A DNA stretch of 64,000 nucleotides from Lama glama (lineage: Eukaryota). Position 1 is the first letter of the stretch; each line of letters starts with the position of its first letter. Made by a program: the position numbers and the translations under genes. Positions 51,589 through 64,000 of the stretch are shown here, piece after piece. The stretch is taken from the NCBI GenBank assembly GCA_028534125.1, contig CM052817.1:58902001-58966000 (forward strand). Direction: 5' to 3'. Under the pieces are notes generated by a model. It ran no database searches, was not told the DNA's origin, and saw only the letters and a list, made by a program, of their open reading frames with translations.

Positions 51589-54500
51589 AGTAAAATACAA
51601 AAATGTACACACACCAAATAACTGATAATTTTTTTAGAAGAGGGAGGGAATTACTGGGAAGGAAAATTAAAAGGAAATTCAGCTTTATCAGGTATATTGT
51701 ATTTCTTTATGAAAAATTGTAAAAGCAATGACAAATACAAGTATTTGCTATTCCAACTCATTTTTGTGGGGAGGGACGGTGTTTGCTGTGTTATTTGCTT
51801 ATCTTGACTGTTAAATTTTTTTTGGTAAAATTAGTATAAGGAGTATTTCTTTTATCTACCCTGCATGGTGTATATTTATATATATCCTTGTAAAATTTCC
51901 TTTTGCTCAAGTACTCTAAAAACACTCCATATGTTCCTAATGCACGTGTGTCTGGAAGGAGGTTGTTCCAGTGATCATAACATTACAGCCAAAGGTAGCC
52001 TGTGATGGTGAGCTGTGCTCACAAGTCAACATGCACTCTTTCCTTTTTGTTTCTTTATTGTTAATAATATGTTTTCTTCTTTAGGACTGCTCTGTTTTAA
52101 AAAAAATTAGCAATATTCAGTATTTAAACAACATAAAATACTTTTAAAATAAAAATCACATTTCAGTTTCTGGTGGAATACTCTGAAAAGATTTGACGAA
52201 GTTGATTGTTGGTAGCCTAGCAAAATCATGTCAGTTTGAGTTAGATAATGTTTATCTAAGATATTATCCATATTTCAGGCACAAAAGTCGTATTAGGAGT
52301 CAAACTTATAGGTGGCTTTTTTTTTTTTTGCTAACATCTTCATGAACGTATTTTTACAAAGCTTATGATACTGTATCATTTTGAGATTTTCCAGAATTAA
52401 GGATCTGTCATATAACATCCTTTGTTTTGTATCACAGAGAAAAAATGATCTAGCCAAGAGCATGATAACATGGAGAGAGCCCAGGCTGGGGGTATGAAAA
52501 CGTATGTTCTTTTCTCAGGTCTTCCCCTAGAAACATGAGAAGGCATTTTTGTTACATCTTGCAATTTGCAAAAATCACAAAACTACTCTAGTCAGCTCAT
52601 AGCAGGATTTATAGTAAAGATCCAATAGTATGTCTCAGGGACTATTAGGGACAGAAAACAAGGAACAGTTTATGGAACCAGGACCTCGAATTGGAAACTT
52701 AAAAAAATAGAAGGCTAGGTATTTCACTCTTTCCATACATTTCTCTCTTTTGGCCTCTACTTCTCCCTATGCCTGATCCATTGTTCTCTGTGAGGACCAT
52801 CTTACTTGTTCAAATCATGAATCTTTCTGCTAACACATGGCTTTGGTATCCATGTTACTCACTATAGCCTTGACCAGATACGTTTTATCCATTCAGGAAT
52901 AACCGAGGTTACTGGGATGTTTAGGTGGCTTCTGTCCTCACCATGAATCATCAACTTAAAAGATAATCTATCTCTAAAATCTATGGCATGCAATATAGAT
53001 AACCATGGAGAGGGTCATATTCCACTCTACACAGCAAAACTTAGTCAAAATTTCTACTAGGTACTATAGTTCTCTCTCCACATTCTCAACTGTCTAATAC
53101 TGGGATTCTTTTTTCCCCACTTCTTTTACTCAGACAGCTTCAGATATTCTCTCTATTGTTCTGATCTCAGTATGGCACAAATATTCTATTTCCTTCATAC
53201 CTGCATATCACACATACCCATATAATAAAATTGTTATTGACCATGTACTATTCTTCAAGCATGTCAGCATATCACCCGAGTGTGGGGGCTAAAAGGCTGA
53301 TGTTGGTTTGCTATGACAGTTATATTCACAGAAAATATTTGTCTATGGAGTCACTTAATTGAAACTATTGAAGAGGTAGTACTTTTGGATGAATTTAGGC
53401 CATGGATGAATTCTCTTACTAAAACAAGTGCTTACTCTTGGGTCAATCAGTATATGTAGGAGAAATTGAGTGTGTCAGAAAATTAACTGATATAGTTAAA
53501 ATATGTATTTAGGTAGGTAAAGTAACATCTCCAAGGGATTAAGCTACCTCTGTGATAACTTAGAATCCTAAAATTCTGTGTGATAAAATATATATAAAGA
53601 CATGCAAAGACTTGTTATTTTACATTGCATCTTATATAATCTGTCAAGTTGATGTCAACTTGTTAGTGATTACTTTAACAAAAGTACTTATTTCTATTTT
53701 TAAATATTTTCCCGTTATAATACAATTGATTTCTTCCAACATCTCAGTAACCACAACATAAGTCATTTCATTGTTATTATGTATAAGAAATAATCTTCTG
53801 GTACTTTAGTATAAATATAAAATTTCTTGAAATAGATGTTCATGAGTTTCTTTGTTTAAAACAGTCTAAGTATTAAAGTGCAAGTCCTTTGAGCAACTCA
53901 GAATTTCTTCTGTCTCCATTCCCAGGGTGTATTGATCAAACCACACATATTTATTGAACACATTTATATTATTAAGAGCTCCAAATAAAAGATTATGTGC
54001 GTTTGCTCAATACAGTTCATACCCATGTATTATCAATGAAATAAAATATCCCTAGGCTTTAATAGGAAAATAAATCTCAAAAATATATTTATCACATAAT
54101 AAAGTTAAGATAATTTTATTTTTTTCTTCTTATTATAATGTTCTATCAGGTCAAATACATGTAGTTTAAAATGATCTCTAAAGTAATTACTGCCTTTTTA
54201 TGAAGTATTTCAGTCATAAATTTAAAATTAAGGTTAAAAGATGTTCATGTTCTCCACTGAGCATTGCAGATATCGAGATGACCTAGGCATCTGTCTTCCA
54301 GTCCTTGAATTCATTGTACCTGTACTATCATGCTAGAAACTGACCATTAATAAACATCCTAACTATATAATGTGGTATGTGCTCAGAGAAACACGAAGTA
54401 CTACAGATCATAATTTATAAGAATAAATTTAGAATAAAACAAATTGTGCAATGAGGGAATTATTATAGCTTACTATAACTAAATACTCTGGATCCTTTAA

Positions 54501-55211
54501 ATATGATATCTTGCGATGTGTGTACTGTGAAAAAAAAGCACACAATAAAGTTGTTATGAAGAAAATACATTAATTCCATATTATTTCAGATACACACACT
54601 GAGGTAAAAAGGATGAGAGAGAAGATACAGAGGAGGGAAAGCTTAACTGCTATTGTGACCTGGTTTAGACCTTGTGAGTGGAGAAGAAAAGGCAGCAGAA
54701 AGTTGATCCTTTCAAGAATACAATATTTATTGAGTATAAAAAATTAATGCTAAGCTACTTTTTTATAACTAAAAAATGCTTTCTGAACAATTTTCATATT
54801 TGGAAAGAAGCTCGAAATGCAGCTACTTCAGAAGTTGGTCAAAGTTTTGTTCTATTTTGTTTCAAAGTTAGTGCTTTGACTCTGCTGTTCCTGAAAATAA
54901 TGTTTACACCTAATGTAAAAAAAAAAAGCAAACAAAAGCCTTATCCTGGCTTGCAAAACAAATTAGCTGAAACGTTGTGAATTAACATTGCTTCAAATTC
55001 ATTTACATCAATCTGCGTTTATCTACCATGCTACTTACATACACTGAATGCAATGGCAATCTTTTACAAAAGCATGCAAGTCCAAAAAGAAGAGACAAAA
55101 TAAAATAGAGGTACCCTCTAGGAGGCAAAGAGATGAGGTCTGTGTTTTAATATTCATTCTTAAATAAATCTGTGGCTAAATAGCAAAAACCAAAGGTTTT
55201 TCTACATTCAT

Positions 55212-55355
55212 AAAGCTATCCAATAGAACTCTGGGTGATAGTTGAGATATTTTGTATCTGTATCAGTAGCCACGAATTGTATATGACTAGTGAACATTTG
55301 AAATGTGGCTGCTGTGACAAACTGAATTTTATTTAACTTTATTTAAATTTAATAG
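55212..55355 (+). mobile_element. MER3 hAT-Charlie fragment
   Basis: tccaatagaact...gtagccac...acatttgaaatgtggct...actgaattttattt. Confidence 0.75.
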
Positions 55356-57169
55356 TAAGTTATGTAATTTTATCTATGTAGATAACCAATTCATACTACA
55401 TGGGCCAAAAATATCAATACTTAGGAGATCTGAAGGGTCAGGTGTAAGTCTTGAAATTAGTAGCATCATAGTATCTTCCCTTTTAAATGTGCTCATCGAT
55501 ACTAAAATAATGTGGGCGTTAAATATAAAATTGTTTTCCAAATTTTTATCCCCTCTTCTCATTATAACTTTTTTTGACAATAAATTAATTCCTTCAGACT
55601 TTAAGAAGAGCCTAGAAGGAGAAAGCAAATTTTACAATAGATGTTAAATTATATGATGTTGACTCATAGGGATTAAGAATGAAAAATACATGTAGTAGGT
55701 AAATGTTAGAGGAGATGGTATCAAATGCCTACAGAGTTACCTATTTAGGTAAAAAATAAATAAATAAATTTTATGGGAAATTTGAATTTTTAAAGCACAG
55801 TTTCTTAATTTTATTTGTAAAAATAACACTTTTTAGAAGTTTGTATCACAGTAAGATAGAATCCTCTAAATAAAATTAGATTGTGATAGAATTTTACCTT
55901 AAAGAGATGAATATATTTTTGATCCATGAGTATATGTTAAAATTCATGTGTAATGGTAATGGTTACACACCTACATAATTTTCTTTCCTTTAGGAATAAA
56001 AAAGAAAGGTAAAATATTCCCGGATGTTGAAGGGTAAATGAAATAATTTGAGAAGTATTTTCTGACATAGACAATTTTTAACAAAATACTAGCACAAGAA
56101 CCCACAATAGAAGACAGATCTGTGCACTATTTCTCTCTGCCATTGACGTGTGAGTCTTTTGTGGCTGTAACCTCATGTGGATTAGTTTTGAATCTCTTGT
56201 GTATTTATATGCAGGCAGGCTTTATAGTCAGAATTTGGTTTAAATCCTAATCTTGATTCTTTTAATCTGTGTGGCACTGGGTAAATTGTAATACATTGTA
56301 TACTCAGGGAAAACTTTAAAATGAAATTGAAAGGAGCCTGGAATATAGGTCATTCTTTTGGTAGAATATAAGTATCTAAACTTCTGAGCTCAGATATTGA
56401 TTCTGTAAGCATAGAACATAAGGGAGATACTGGCCTGGATTAGGGAAGTGGAAATAATTTGTAAACTGACAAACAAAAAATAGGAACAGAACAAAATCCC
56501 TAAAATGAATAAATAAAGGGAGAAAAGGAGTAAATAAAAGAAGACAATGCGAGACACATTAAAGAGTGATTTTAAAAACCAAGATTAAAGAAAGATGTAA
56601 GGCAGGAAATTATGGTGACTCAGATGTCACAAAACATATGAAGGGTGAGTCTGTTAATTTGGAAAAATGTATACATATATGCATTTATTAAGTTTGAATT
56701 TCTGACAGTTGTTTGTATGACACAGCTATGGTAAATCCTTGGAATTTGCAAGAGAGAAAAAAGTAAGTTTTGAAAATCCGAAACTAAGGGAGAATTTTGT
56801 GCCAGTAATTTAAAAGACTGTGTTCTTAAACACAAATAGATCACAGTGCTACATGGCTTACTATTGTGATTTGTGTGGAGAGAGGGTGTCGTGTGTGACG
56901 TGAATGAACAGATCTAAGTACATCTGAGCTGGACTATGGAGTGAGTGCACCTTGATGGGATCCTCAATGAGAAATAATTTTGTTGTGGGATTTAAGGACA
57001 TGAATGCACTTTGAAGCATGCAAACGGGAGTTCACCACTTACTGTCTGTAACTTTGAACCAAGTTGAATATATTTTTTTTCCTATTTTTCTTGGTGTGAA
57101 ATTGTTGGATAAATCTAAGTACATTTGAATTCCATATTGGAGCTTGCTGTTTAAATACAACAAATCATG

Positions 57170-57400
57170 TAACCCAGTGGTTTAGAACATTATGTGCTAT
57201 AGATCAAGATTATCTGAGTTTGGATATCACTTCAGTAGACACTGGCTATGTGACATTGAGCAGATGTATCTCAGTGACAGTTGCAACATCTATAAAATAA
57301 CCATAATAATCATAATATAGTTAGCACATGAATTTGAGGATTAAATGAAATGATTCACATAAAACTTCTAACAAAATGCCTGACATTACCTGCATACTCC
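57170..57400 (+). mobile_element. MIR SINE
   Basis: cactggctatgtgacattgagcag...catctataaaat...tgaggattaaatgaaatga. Confidence 0.7.
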
Positions 57401-57456
57401 AAAGTTACTACCTATAACTTCATAAATTATGACATAAATTATATTGTTACCCATTA

Positions 57457-57486
57457 CTTTATGTAAGGAACCTTTATGTAAGGAAC
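57457..57486. repeat. 15-bp tandem duplication (ctttatgtaaggaac)x2
   Basis: Direct reading. Confidence 0.9.
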
Positions 57487-57777
57487 CTCAACATATCAAT
57501 TAATTGTTTTCTACAATTTATTTTTAGTTATCTAAAATATATAATGCATAAGTGCTAGATTTACTAAGACTACGAACAATTCTTTTACATTAAAGGAGTT
57601 GAAAATAGCTACATCTTAAAACAACAAAAAATATTTAATAAGATATCAAGAAAATCAGCAAGTAAAGGAATTGGTAAGCAGAAAATAGAGTAAAAAATGA
57701 CAGCGGTTTCTCATAACTGAGGCTACTTTTTAACTCAGAGAAGAACTTGAGAGCTTTTATTTTTAAGTTTGCTTCTT

Positions 57778-58773
57778 CTGTTGACAAAACAAAAGGACAA
57801 CCTACTGAATGGGAGAGAATATTTGCAAATGATGTGACCTATAAGATTAATAGCCACCATATATAAACAACTCTTACAACTCAACATCAAAAAAATTTGC
57901 TGGTTAAAAAATGGGCAGAAGAGCTGAATAGATTATTTTTTCCGAAGAAGACACGCAGAAGGCCAAAAGGCACATGAAAAGATGCTCAATGTCACTAATC
58001 ATCAGGAAATGCAAGTTAAAACCACAATGAGATATCACCTCACACCTGTCAGATTGGTTATCAGAAAGAGCACAAGTAACAAATGTTGACAATGACGTGG
58101 AGAAAAGGGAACCCCTGTACACTGCTGGTGGGAATGTAAATTGGTGCAGCCACTGTGGAAAACAGTATGGAAGCTTCTCAAAAAACTAAAAATAGAACTA
58201 CCATATGACCCAGCAGTTCCACTCCTGGGTATCCAAAAAAAAAAAAAAAAAAGAAGCCCGAAACACTGATTCAAAAAGGTACTTGCACCCTATAGTTCAT
58301 AGAAGCATTATTTACAGTTGTCAAGATATGGAAGAAACCTAAGTGTCCATCAATAAATGAATGGATAAAGAAGATGTATATATATATATATACACAGTGA
58401 AATACTATTCAGCCATAAATAGAACAAAATTTTGCCATTTGCAGCAAACTGGATGGACTTGGAGGGCATTTTCTAAGTGAAATAAGTCAGAGAAAGACAA
58501 ATACTGTATGATATCAATTTATGTGGAATCTAAAAAATACAGCAAACTAGTGAATATAAGAAAAAAGAAGTAGAATCACGGATAGAGAGACCAAACTAAT
58601 GGTTATCAGTGAGAAGAGGGAGGGGCAATACAGGGGTTGGGGATTGGGAGGTACAAACTATTGGGTATAAGAGGCTTCAAGGATGTATTGAACAACATGG
58701 GGAATATAGCCAGTATTTTACAATAATTATAAATGGGAAATAACCTTTAAAATTGTATACAAAATTTAAAAAT
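57778..58773 (+). mobile_element. 5'-truncated L1 (ORF2 C-terminus plus 3'UTR) with probable TSD
   Basis: caacctactgaatgggagagaatatttgcaaatga...accacaatgagatatcacctcacacctgtcaga...gaactaccatatgacccagca. Flanks agtttgcttctt (57766-57777) and agtttgtttctt (58774-58785). Confidence 0.92.
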
Positions 58774-59708
58774 AGTTTGTTTCTTGATTTTAATAATATT
58801 CTGTTGTGCATGTGTATGAAGACAAAATTTCTGTTTTGCAACAGAAAGGCCTTTCATAAAATATCTAGTTAAATTAGATTCTCAAAATGGTGTCTATGAA
58901 TTTTATTCTTTGTTTCTTTAAAAGATACCATATACTTAGTCAGTTTTGAGGAAAAAATGTCAATGACTCCAATTCTCTAACTCAGATGGTTAAGAATTAT
59001 ACATTATGTAATGGGATCACTGTGAATAAGACAGGTGTGTATAAAAGTTCAGAAAAAATAAAAAGAGAATATATAGATTCATCACTTGGTTTTTATTTTT
59101 AAGGTATCAGTTTCAGCCAGTCAACATATTTTTCTGGGTAGGCAGTCCTGTGAATTTTTTAACCAGGCCAGTCCACAAACAGCATTTTTACCATGCCAGG
59201 TGTCAAGCTTGCCTGCCCAGGGACCTTCCCAGCCCCTTCTCCAATCATTAAAAGAACCCTAGATTGAACAGTGAAAGAAATAGAAAGTATATTAAGAAGA
59301 TTAAAAACTTGTCACAATTTGAATAAATTTATTTTGGAGAATCCTGCTGCTTGATTTCTTAAAGTAAGGTATAATTTTAAATAGAATAATTATCCAGTAG
59401 GCTTGAAAACTAACAAACAAGTTTTTGCTAAAAGGATACATTTTTATTTTTTTTAAAGAGAACATCTGTTTCTTTGGTTTAAAAAAACATACTTTCAAGA
59501 TTGTTTATGAAGGAAACATATGCGCACACACATTTGTATATATGTATACACACACTCACCAAAAATTTAAACATTTTTAACTTCTTACCAGCTTCAGAGT
59601 ATACCAACTTTAACATTTACATAAACATAATATAAGATGATAATACATAACAGCCAAAAAAATAAACAAACAAAAATGATTTTGAAAGAAATACACTTGA
59701 AAAAAATA

Positions 59709-59958
59709 CAGTTGACCCTTGAACAATGTAGGTGTTGGGGCACCAATCTCCTGTACAGTGGAAAATCTGTGTATAACTGATCGTTGGTCTGTATATGTCG
59801 TCTCTCCTTACCCATGGTTTCTCCATATCTGAGGTTCTGCATCCCCAGATTCAACCAATGGTGGATTGTGTTGTACTGTAGTATTTACTATTAAAAAAAG
59901 AAATCTGTATGTAAGTGGACCTGCATAGTTCAAACCTGTGTTGTCCAAAAGTCAACTG
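59709..59958 (-). mobile_element. Tigger2-derived MITE (Tigger2a_Art-like)
   Basis: TIRs cagttgacccttgaacaa / ttgtccaaaagtcaactg, TA target duplication on both sides, 250 bp long. Confidence 0.9.
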
Positions 59959-60559
59959 TATTTTAAAAAGTGTATTTCTTTAAAAATTATTTTTGAGCTC
60001 CATTCTATTGGAGCTATATCCCCAAGTATAAATGAAATATTAATACATTAAACAGCAGAAAGAATAGGATCATTTTTATATTTATATTATGAAAAAAGTA
60101 TTTTCTTCCCTACTTATGTATTTTATTAACTAGCAGCTTGGCCTAAAGCCTTTCAATTGTTTTATTTCTGACTGTAAGTGGAAAGAAGATGGAATCTGTC
60201 TCCTTTACCTTGTAGCCAAAAAAACGAAAACAAGAAAAAATGCATACAAATACGTATAAAGCAGAGTCTGTCTGTATCAATGAATGAAACAAATGAGGAA
60301 GAACTGAGAAATGTCTTAGAGGTCAAATGAGGTTATAAGGAGAGCTTTAAAGATGGCCTCTGGATGCTGATCTCAGCTAAAACTAGCACAAAACAATTCT
60401 TTAAAGTTTGTTACAAATCTTAAGGAGTAAAGACAGTCCTTTATTTGGAACACTGGGGAGCTGAACAGGATAGCTTTGGGAGCTTTTTATAAGTGATTTG
60501 GCAACAAGAAGCTTAGTAGAATAGACTGATGATAAATCACGTGGATCACCATTGGTGTG

Positions 60560-61360
60560 ACAAACACAAGTAATGTATATACAAGAATATTTAGTGCAGT
60601 GTTTGTCTGCAATAGTAAAAGTTTGAAAATAATCTCAATGTCCATTGACAGTGGAATGTTTCAATAAATTATGTTAACATCTGTACAGTAGAATGTTCTG
60701 CATTCTTGGTACAAGCCAGGTGGATCATATATATTGATATGGAACTATCCTTGAGATATTTTAAGGGAAAAATGTGCAGAATACTATGTATAATATGCTA
60801 TCATTTTGATAGAAAGCAAATAGATAAAAATACAAATATGCTTGTAATAACTGGTTGCTCTGGTAAGGGAGTCATGTGGCTAGAAAACAGGAATAGTAAT
60901 GAAAACTGTTTGTCATGGTATACATTTTTATAACTTGAATTTTGTATTGTGAATATGTATTAACCTACTCAGAACTTAAGATAATTTAATAATATAAATA
61001 TATGTTGCTAAAAATAAAGTAGTGCATTTCTATGCATATCCCAATATTGGAGTGTTTTTCAAAGCTGACTCTTTTAAGGGTTGCTTTTACAGTGGACTTT
61101 TAATGAAAATGTCAGAAAATTAAGATAGTTTCCTGTTACCTAATATAGAAAAAATTGAAGCTACAGAAGAGTATTTATAGTTTCACCCTGTGTAAAAATG
61201 TATACATACACATGGATGCATATGCATAAAAATTCCAAGATGGGATCTCAAGCAGTATGAACAGTGAGTCTCTGGGGAGTAGAACTCTTACTTAATGGGT
61301 TGGAGGGGATTGGAGAGAGACATTGATTTGTTACTTTATATCCGGTTATGTTTGAACTTT
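60560..61360 (+). mobile_element. Old L1ME-type 3'UTR fragments
   Basis: tacaagaatatttagtgcagtgtttgtctgcaatagtaaaagtttgaaaataatctcaatgtccattgacagtggaatg. Confidence 0.7.
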
Positions 61361-63237
61361 AAAGAGGCATATCTTGTCTTTATGAAGTAAGAGACAGAGG
61401 AGAGGGAAGGAGGGAAAGAAAGACGGATAGGGTCACAGAATTATCCTACTCCAAAACAAGAAGGAAGTGCCTTTCTCTAAGAAACCAGACTTTTGAAAGT
61501 GACTAGTTTGTACTCACTTACTCATAAAGGTCTCTCCGGGTCTTTGTTAAAGAAAACAACATCATTGTATTTTATTAAGTACGTATGTTAGAGATAACAT
61601 CTTTGGAAAGTGAAATGAAAGACATAATGAAATAATAGTTTTCAGATAAGTACCCTCACCAAAGGATATCTTGTTGGAATTCAAGAAGAGTCACTGAACA
61701 AGGGTTTTATTTATATTAGTGAATGAAGTGCACTTCTCAAGTCTCTCAAGCACAAAACCTAATGCCTAATTTAAAGGATAAGTCTGTGTAAAATGCTGAT
61801 TAGGCCATTATCAGAATACACCATTAAAATGCTATTAAGGTTTTTCTCTTTGATAACATTCCCTTTTACTGATTGGAAGCATGGAATAATACTGTCCTAT
61901 AGAAAGATTTCTAATTTGAACCCCAGCTTTTTACTAAAGTACTGAAATCAAAGTCCAGCCTGTAAGCTAAATCAAAAAGAAATCCTAAATATATCTTTCA
62001 GTCTCAACAGATGATCTGTTTAGCCTATAAATTCAATTTAGTAACCGGCATGCATCATTTAAATTACATTTTAAGTTTTTCTTTATCTTCTCCTATAGGT
62101 ATAGCATTTGATTTCATAAATAAATAAAAAAATATGTATCTTCAAGAACAATTTATGACTTAGTGAAACTATTACTAATAAATTCAGAATAAGTGATATC
62201 AATTAACTGCATTTGGAGGTTTTTATTTTGTTCTGTCAGGCATTCAATGAACTTTTCTAGAAATACAAATATGTTATTTTCTCATTTTACAGTCCTAAAA
62301 AATATTTTCCAAAAGTAGACAGAAGTACAAACATTGAAGGCATTAAATAAGAAGGCAATCACAGAATAAAAATTCAAAAGAAAATGGGAAATACCTTTAA
62401 TTTTCAATTGTGTAAAATGTACTTGTCAGAAGTGCCTTGAGAGTTTCAGCTTAATATCCGTTTTCCAGTCAGATCTCTTTGTTCACTCCACTCCTGTCCT
62501 TCTTCCTCCATTAGCTTTGATAAACAAGAATTATAAACCTTTAAATTTCAATCACACCATTCAACATTTACTCTGATTCTAATTTAATTCTTTGAAGATA
62601 CTCATCAGTTTGCTTTTTTTTTTCTTATTCTGCTGTTGCTCTAATAGATGTTTCAATTAAAACTAAATCCTGGAGTCTGAGCAGATAGCTCAATTAGAAG
62701 TTGACTAACAAAACCAACACTTTTCACCCCACAGTGGATATTGTAGAATGACCTAAAAGCCAGAAATAGTTATATTTTACAGGATGTAGGAAAGTGGGCT
62801 GGATTTTATCTAATTGAAAAGTATAAACTAAATTTGAATACTATATAGTGATTTGTAAAATATGAGACTATACAGTTATGCAGGCATAACTTGTACTTTT
62901 TGCCATTTGTAAATCCAGATGGAATTTTGAGAGTTTACAAGAAGAAAATTAAAATGTTTATTTTAGTGATATATTTTGAGTACATCTAATCTCTCTTTTA
63001 GCATTCTTTCCTTCAAATATGTGAAAATTATTTTTCCCCCTGATGCTGTCTCATTTAAAATCTGGATGTTTCCACTCCCTCCCATACTCAGTTGGCATCA
63101 TTTCTAGACTGTTCACCATTCATTTTCAGAAATTTTCATGTCATCAAAGCTTCTGTTAAATTATGGCACATGGAATTCAACAATCATCTGTGGTATGTTT
63201 AGTCCACAATTTCACGACATTAGTCTGTCCCTTTGTG

Positions 63238-63446
63238 AGGCAAAACAGTCTAGTTGGGTAAGGGTACAGACTCCGGAGTCAGAGTGACAAGCTTGGAATC
63301 ACGGTTCCATTGTCTTCTAGCTGTGTTTTCTTCATGCACAAAATGGAAAAAACATAGTACCCTCCACACAGGGTGACAAAAAGATTGAGTGGACATAAAC
63401 ACTTAGAATAGTATCTAGTATATAATTAGCACTATATAAGCCCTTA
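63238..63446 (+). mobile_element. MIR SINE with internal deletion
   Basis: acagactccggagtcaga...ctagctgtg...aaaatggaaaaaacatagtacct...cacttagaatagtatct...tagcactatataa. Confidence 0.8.
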
Positions 63447-64000
63447 TTTTTATCTTTTGTCCTAGGTATTTTACCCCTAAAATCCAGGCTAAAAAATTAG
63501 TTGTTTACCTCCAACTGGAAGGGAGGTATATATTCAAGTTTATACTGACTCATGATATATCTGTAATAAAAAAGCTAAAATTCTCAGCGTATTTTATGTG
63601 AATTACTAGTAAACCACACTCCTTTTCCTCAAATGTATACAAGGGTTTTTGAAAATACATTGAAATTGTGTATAATTCTTGATGTACTTAGAAGGAATGG
63701 AAAACTCCTGATCTGTGTTCACTTAGAGTCTTAGTGGTGTTTTTGCTCCAGCCTTAGTTTCATTAACTCCACAATCTTTAAAATAGGAAACAGATTATGT
63801 TTTATTTGATTTGCTTCTTATTTGTCTACCATCATTCTAGCTTTGTGATAGATTGTATTTATATTGGGACAGAAATCAACATATCTTTTTATAGTTTAAA
63901 ATAAAGGTTCATGTCCTGTATTTTTCCAAAGTAGGGCAACCTCATTTTTTCTGAATAGGTGTGGAAACTGTACTGACGTTATTAGGGAGTAATCAGGTCA

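Noticed and set aside
52279..52311. 33-nt phase 1-1 open segment (G)TKVVLGVKLI
   Set aside because: The donor AG|gtggct is weak and there is no other support.
53926..53995. Strong acceptor tttcttctgtctccattcccag
   Set aside because: It is followed by an L2-tail-like catatttattgaac and early stops, with no donor.
62099..62130. Strong acceptor giving (G)IAFDFINK* as a terminal exon
   Set aside because: Very short, in low-complexity A-rich context, and indistinguishable from a pseudo-acceptor.
63466..63525. 60-nt phase 2-2 open segment YFTPKIQAKKLVVYLQLEG
   Set aside because: The acceptor derives from a MIR tail, the donor gtatat is mediocre, and the phase does not fit the preceding exon candidate.
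1..64000. CRISPR arrays, tRNA/rRNA/snRNA genes, CpG-island promoter, NUMT or processed pseudogene
   Set aside because: None recognisable by eye. Small snoRNAs or miRNAs cannot be excluded without an Infernal/Rfam search.

Overview
AT-rich, CpG-poor mammalian genomic DNA with no CpG island and no long ORF. It most likely lies inside a large, long-intron gene on the + strand. The repeat content points to a non-ruminant artiodactyl, probably a camelid: Tigger1a/Tigger2a_Art-type MITEs, young L1 3' ends resembling Vicugna/Camelus L1s, and no recognisable Alu, BovB/Bov-tA, PRE-1, CHR or Can-SINE copies. The ORF-track entries are either L1 ORF2 remnants or chance ORFs. By reading splice signals I found three small + strand exon candidates (1195-1236, 7142-7227, 45477-45605). 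They splice in phase into one stop-free peptide of about 85 aa that I cannot assign to a known gene. A two-exon antisense transcript may sit in a repeat-poor island at about 10-15 kb. Notable repeat architecture includes a twin-primed (5'-inverted) L1 with a target-site duplication, a 5-kb L1 with an endonuclease-domain deletion and a chimeric insert, and a Tigger2 MITE at the exact centre of a roughly 73-bp palindrome. Repeat family names come from recalled consensus sequences, not a database search, and repeat boundaries are approximate. No prokaryote-type systems, CRISPR arrays, tRNA or rRNA genes were seen.
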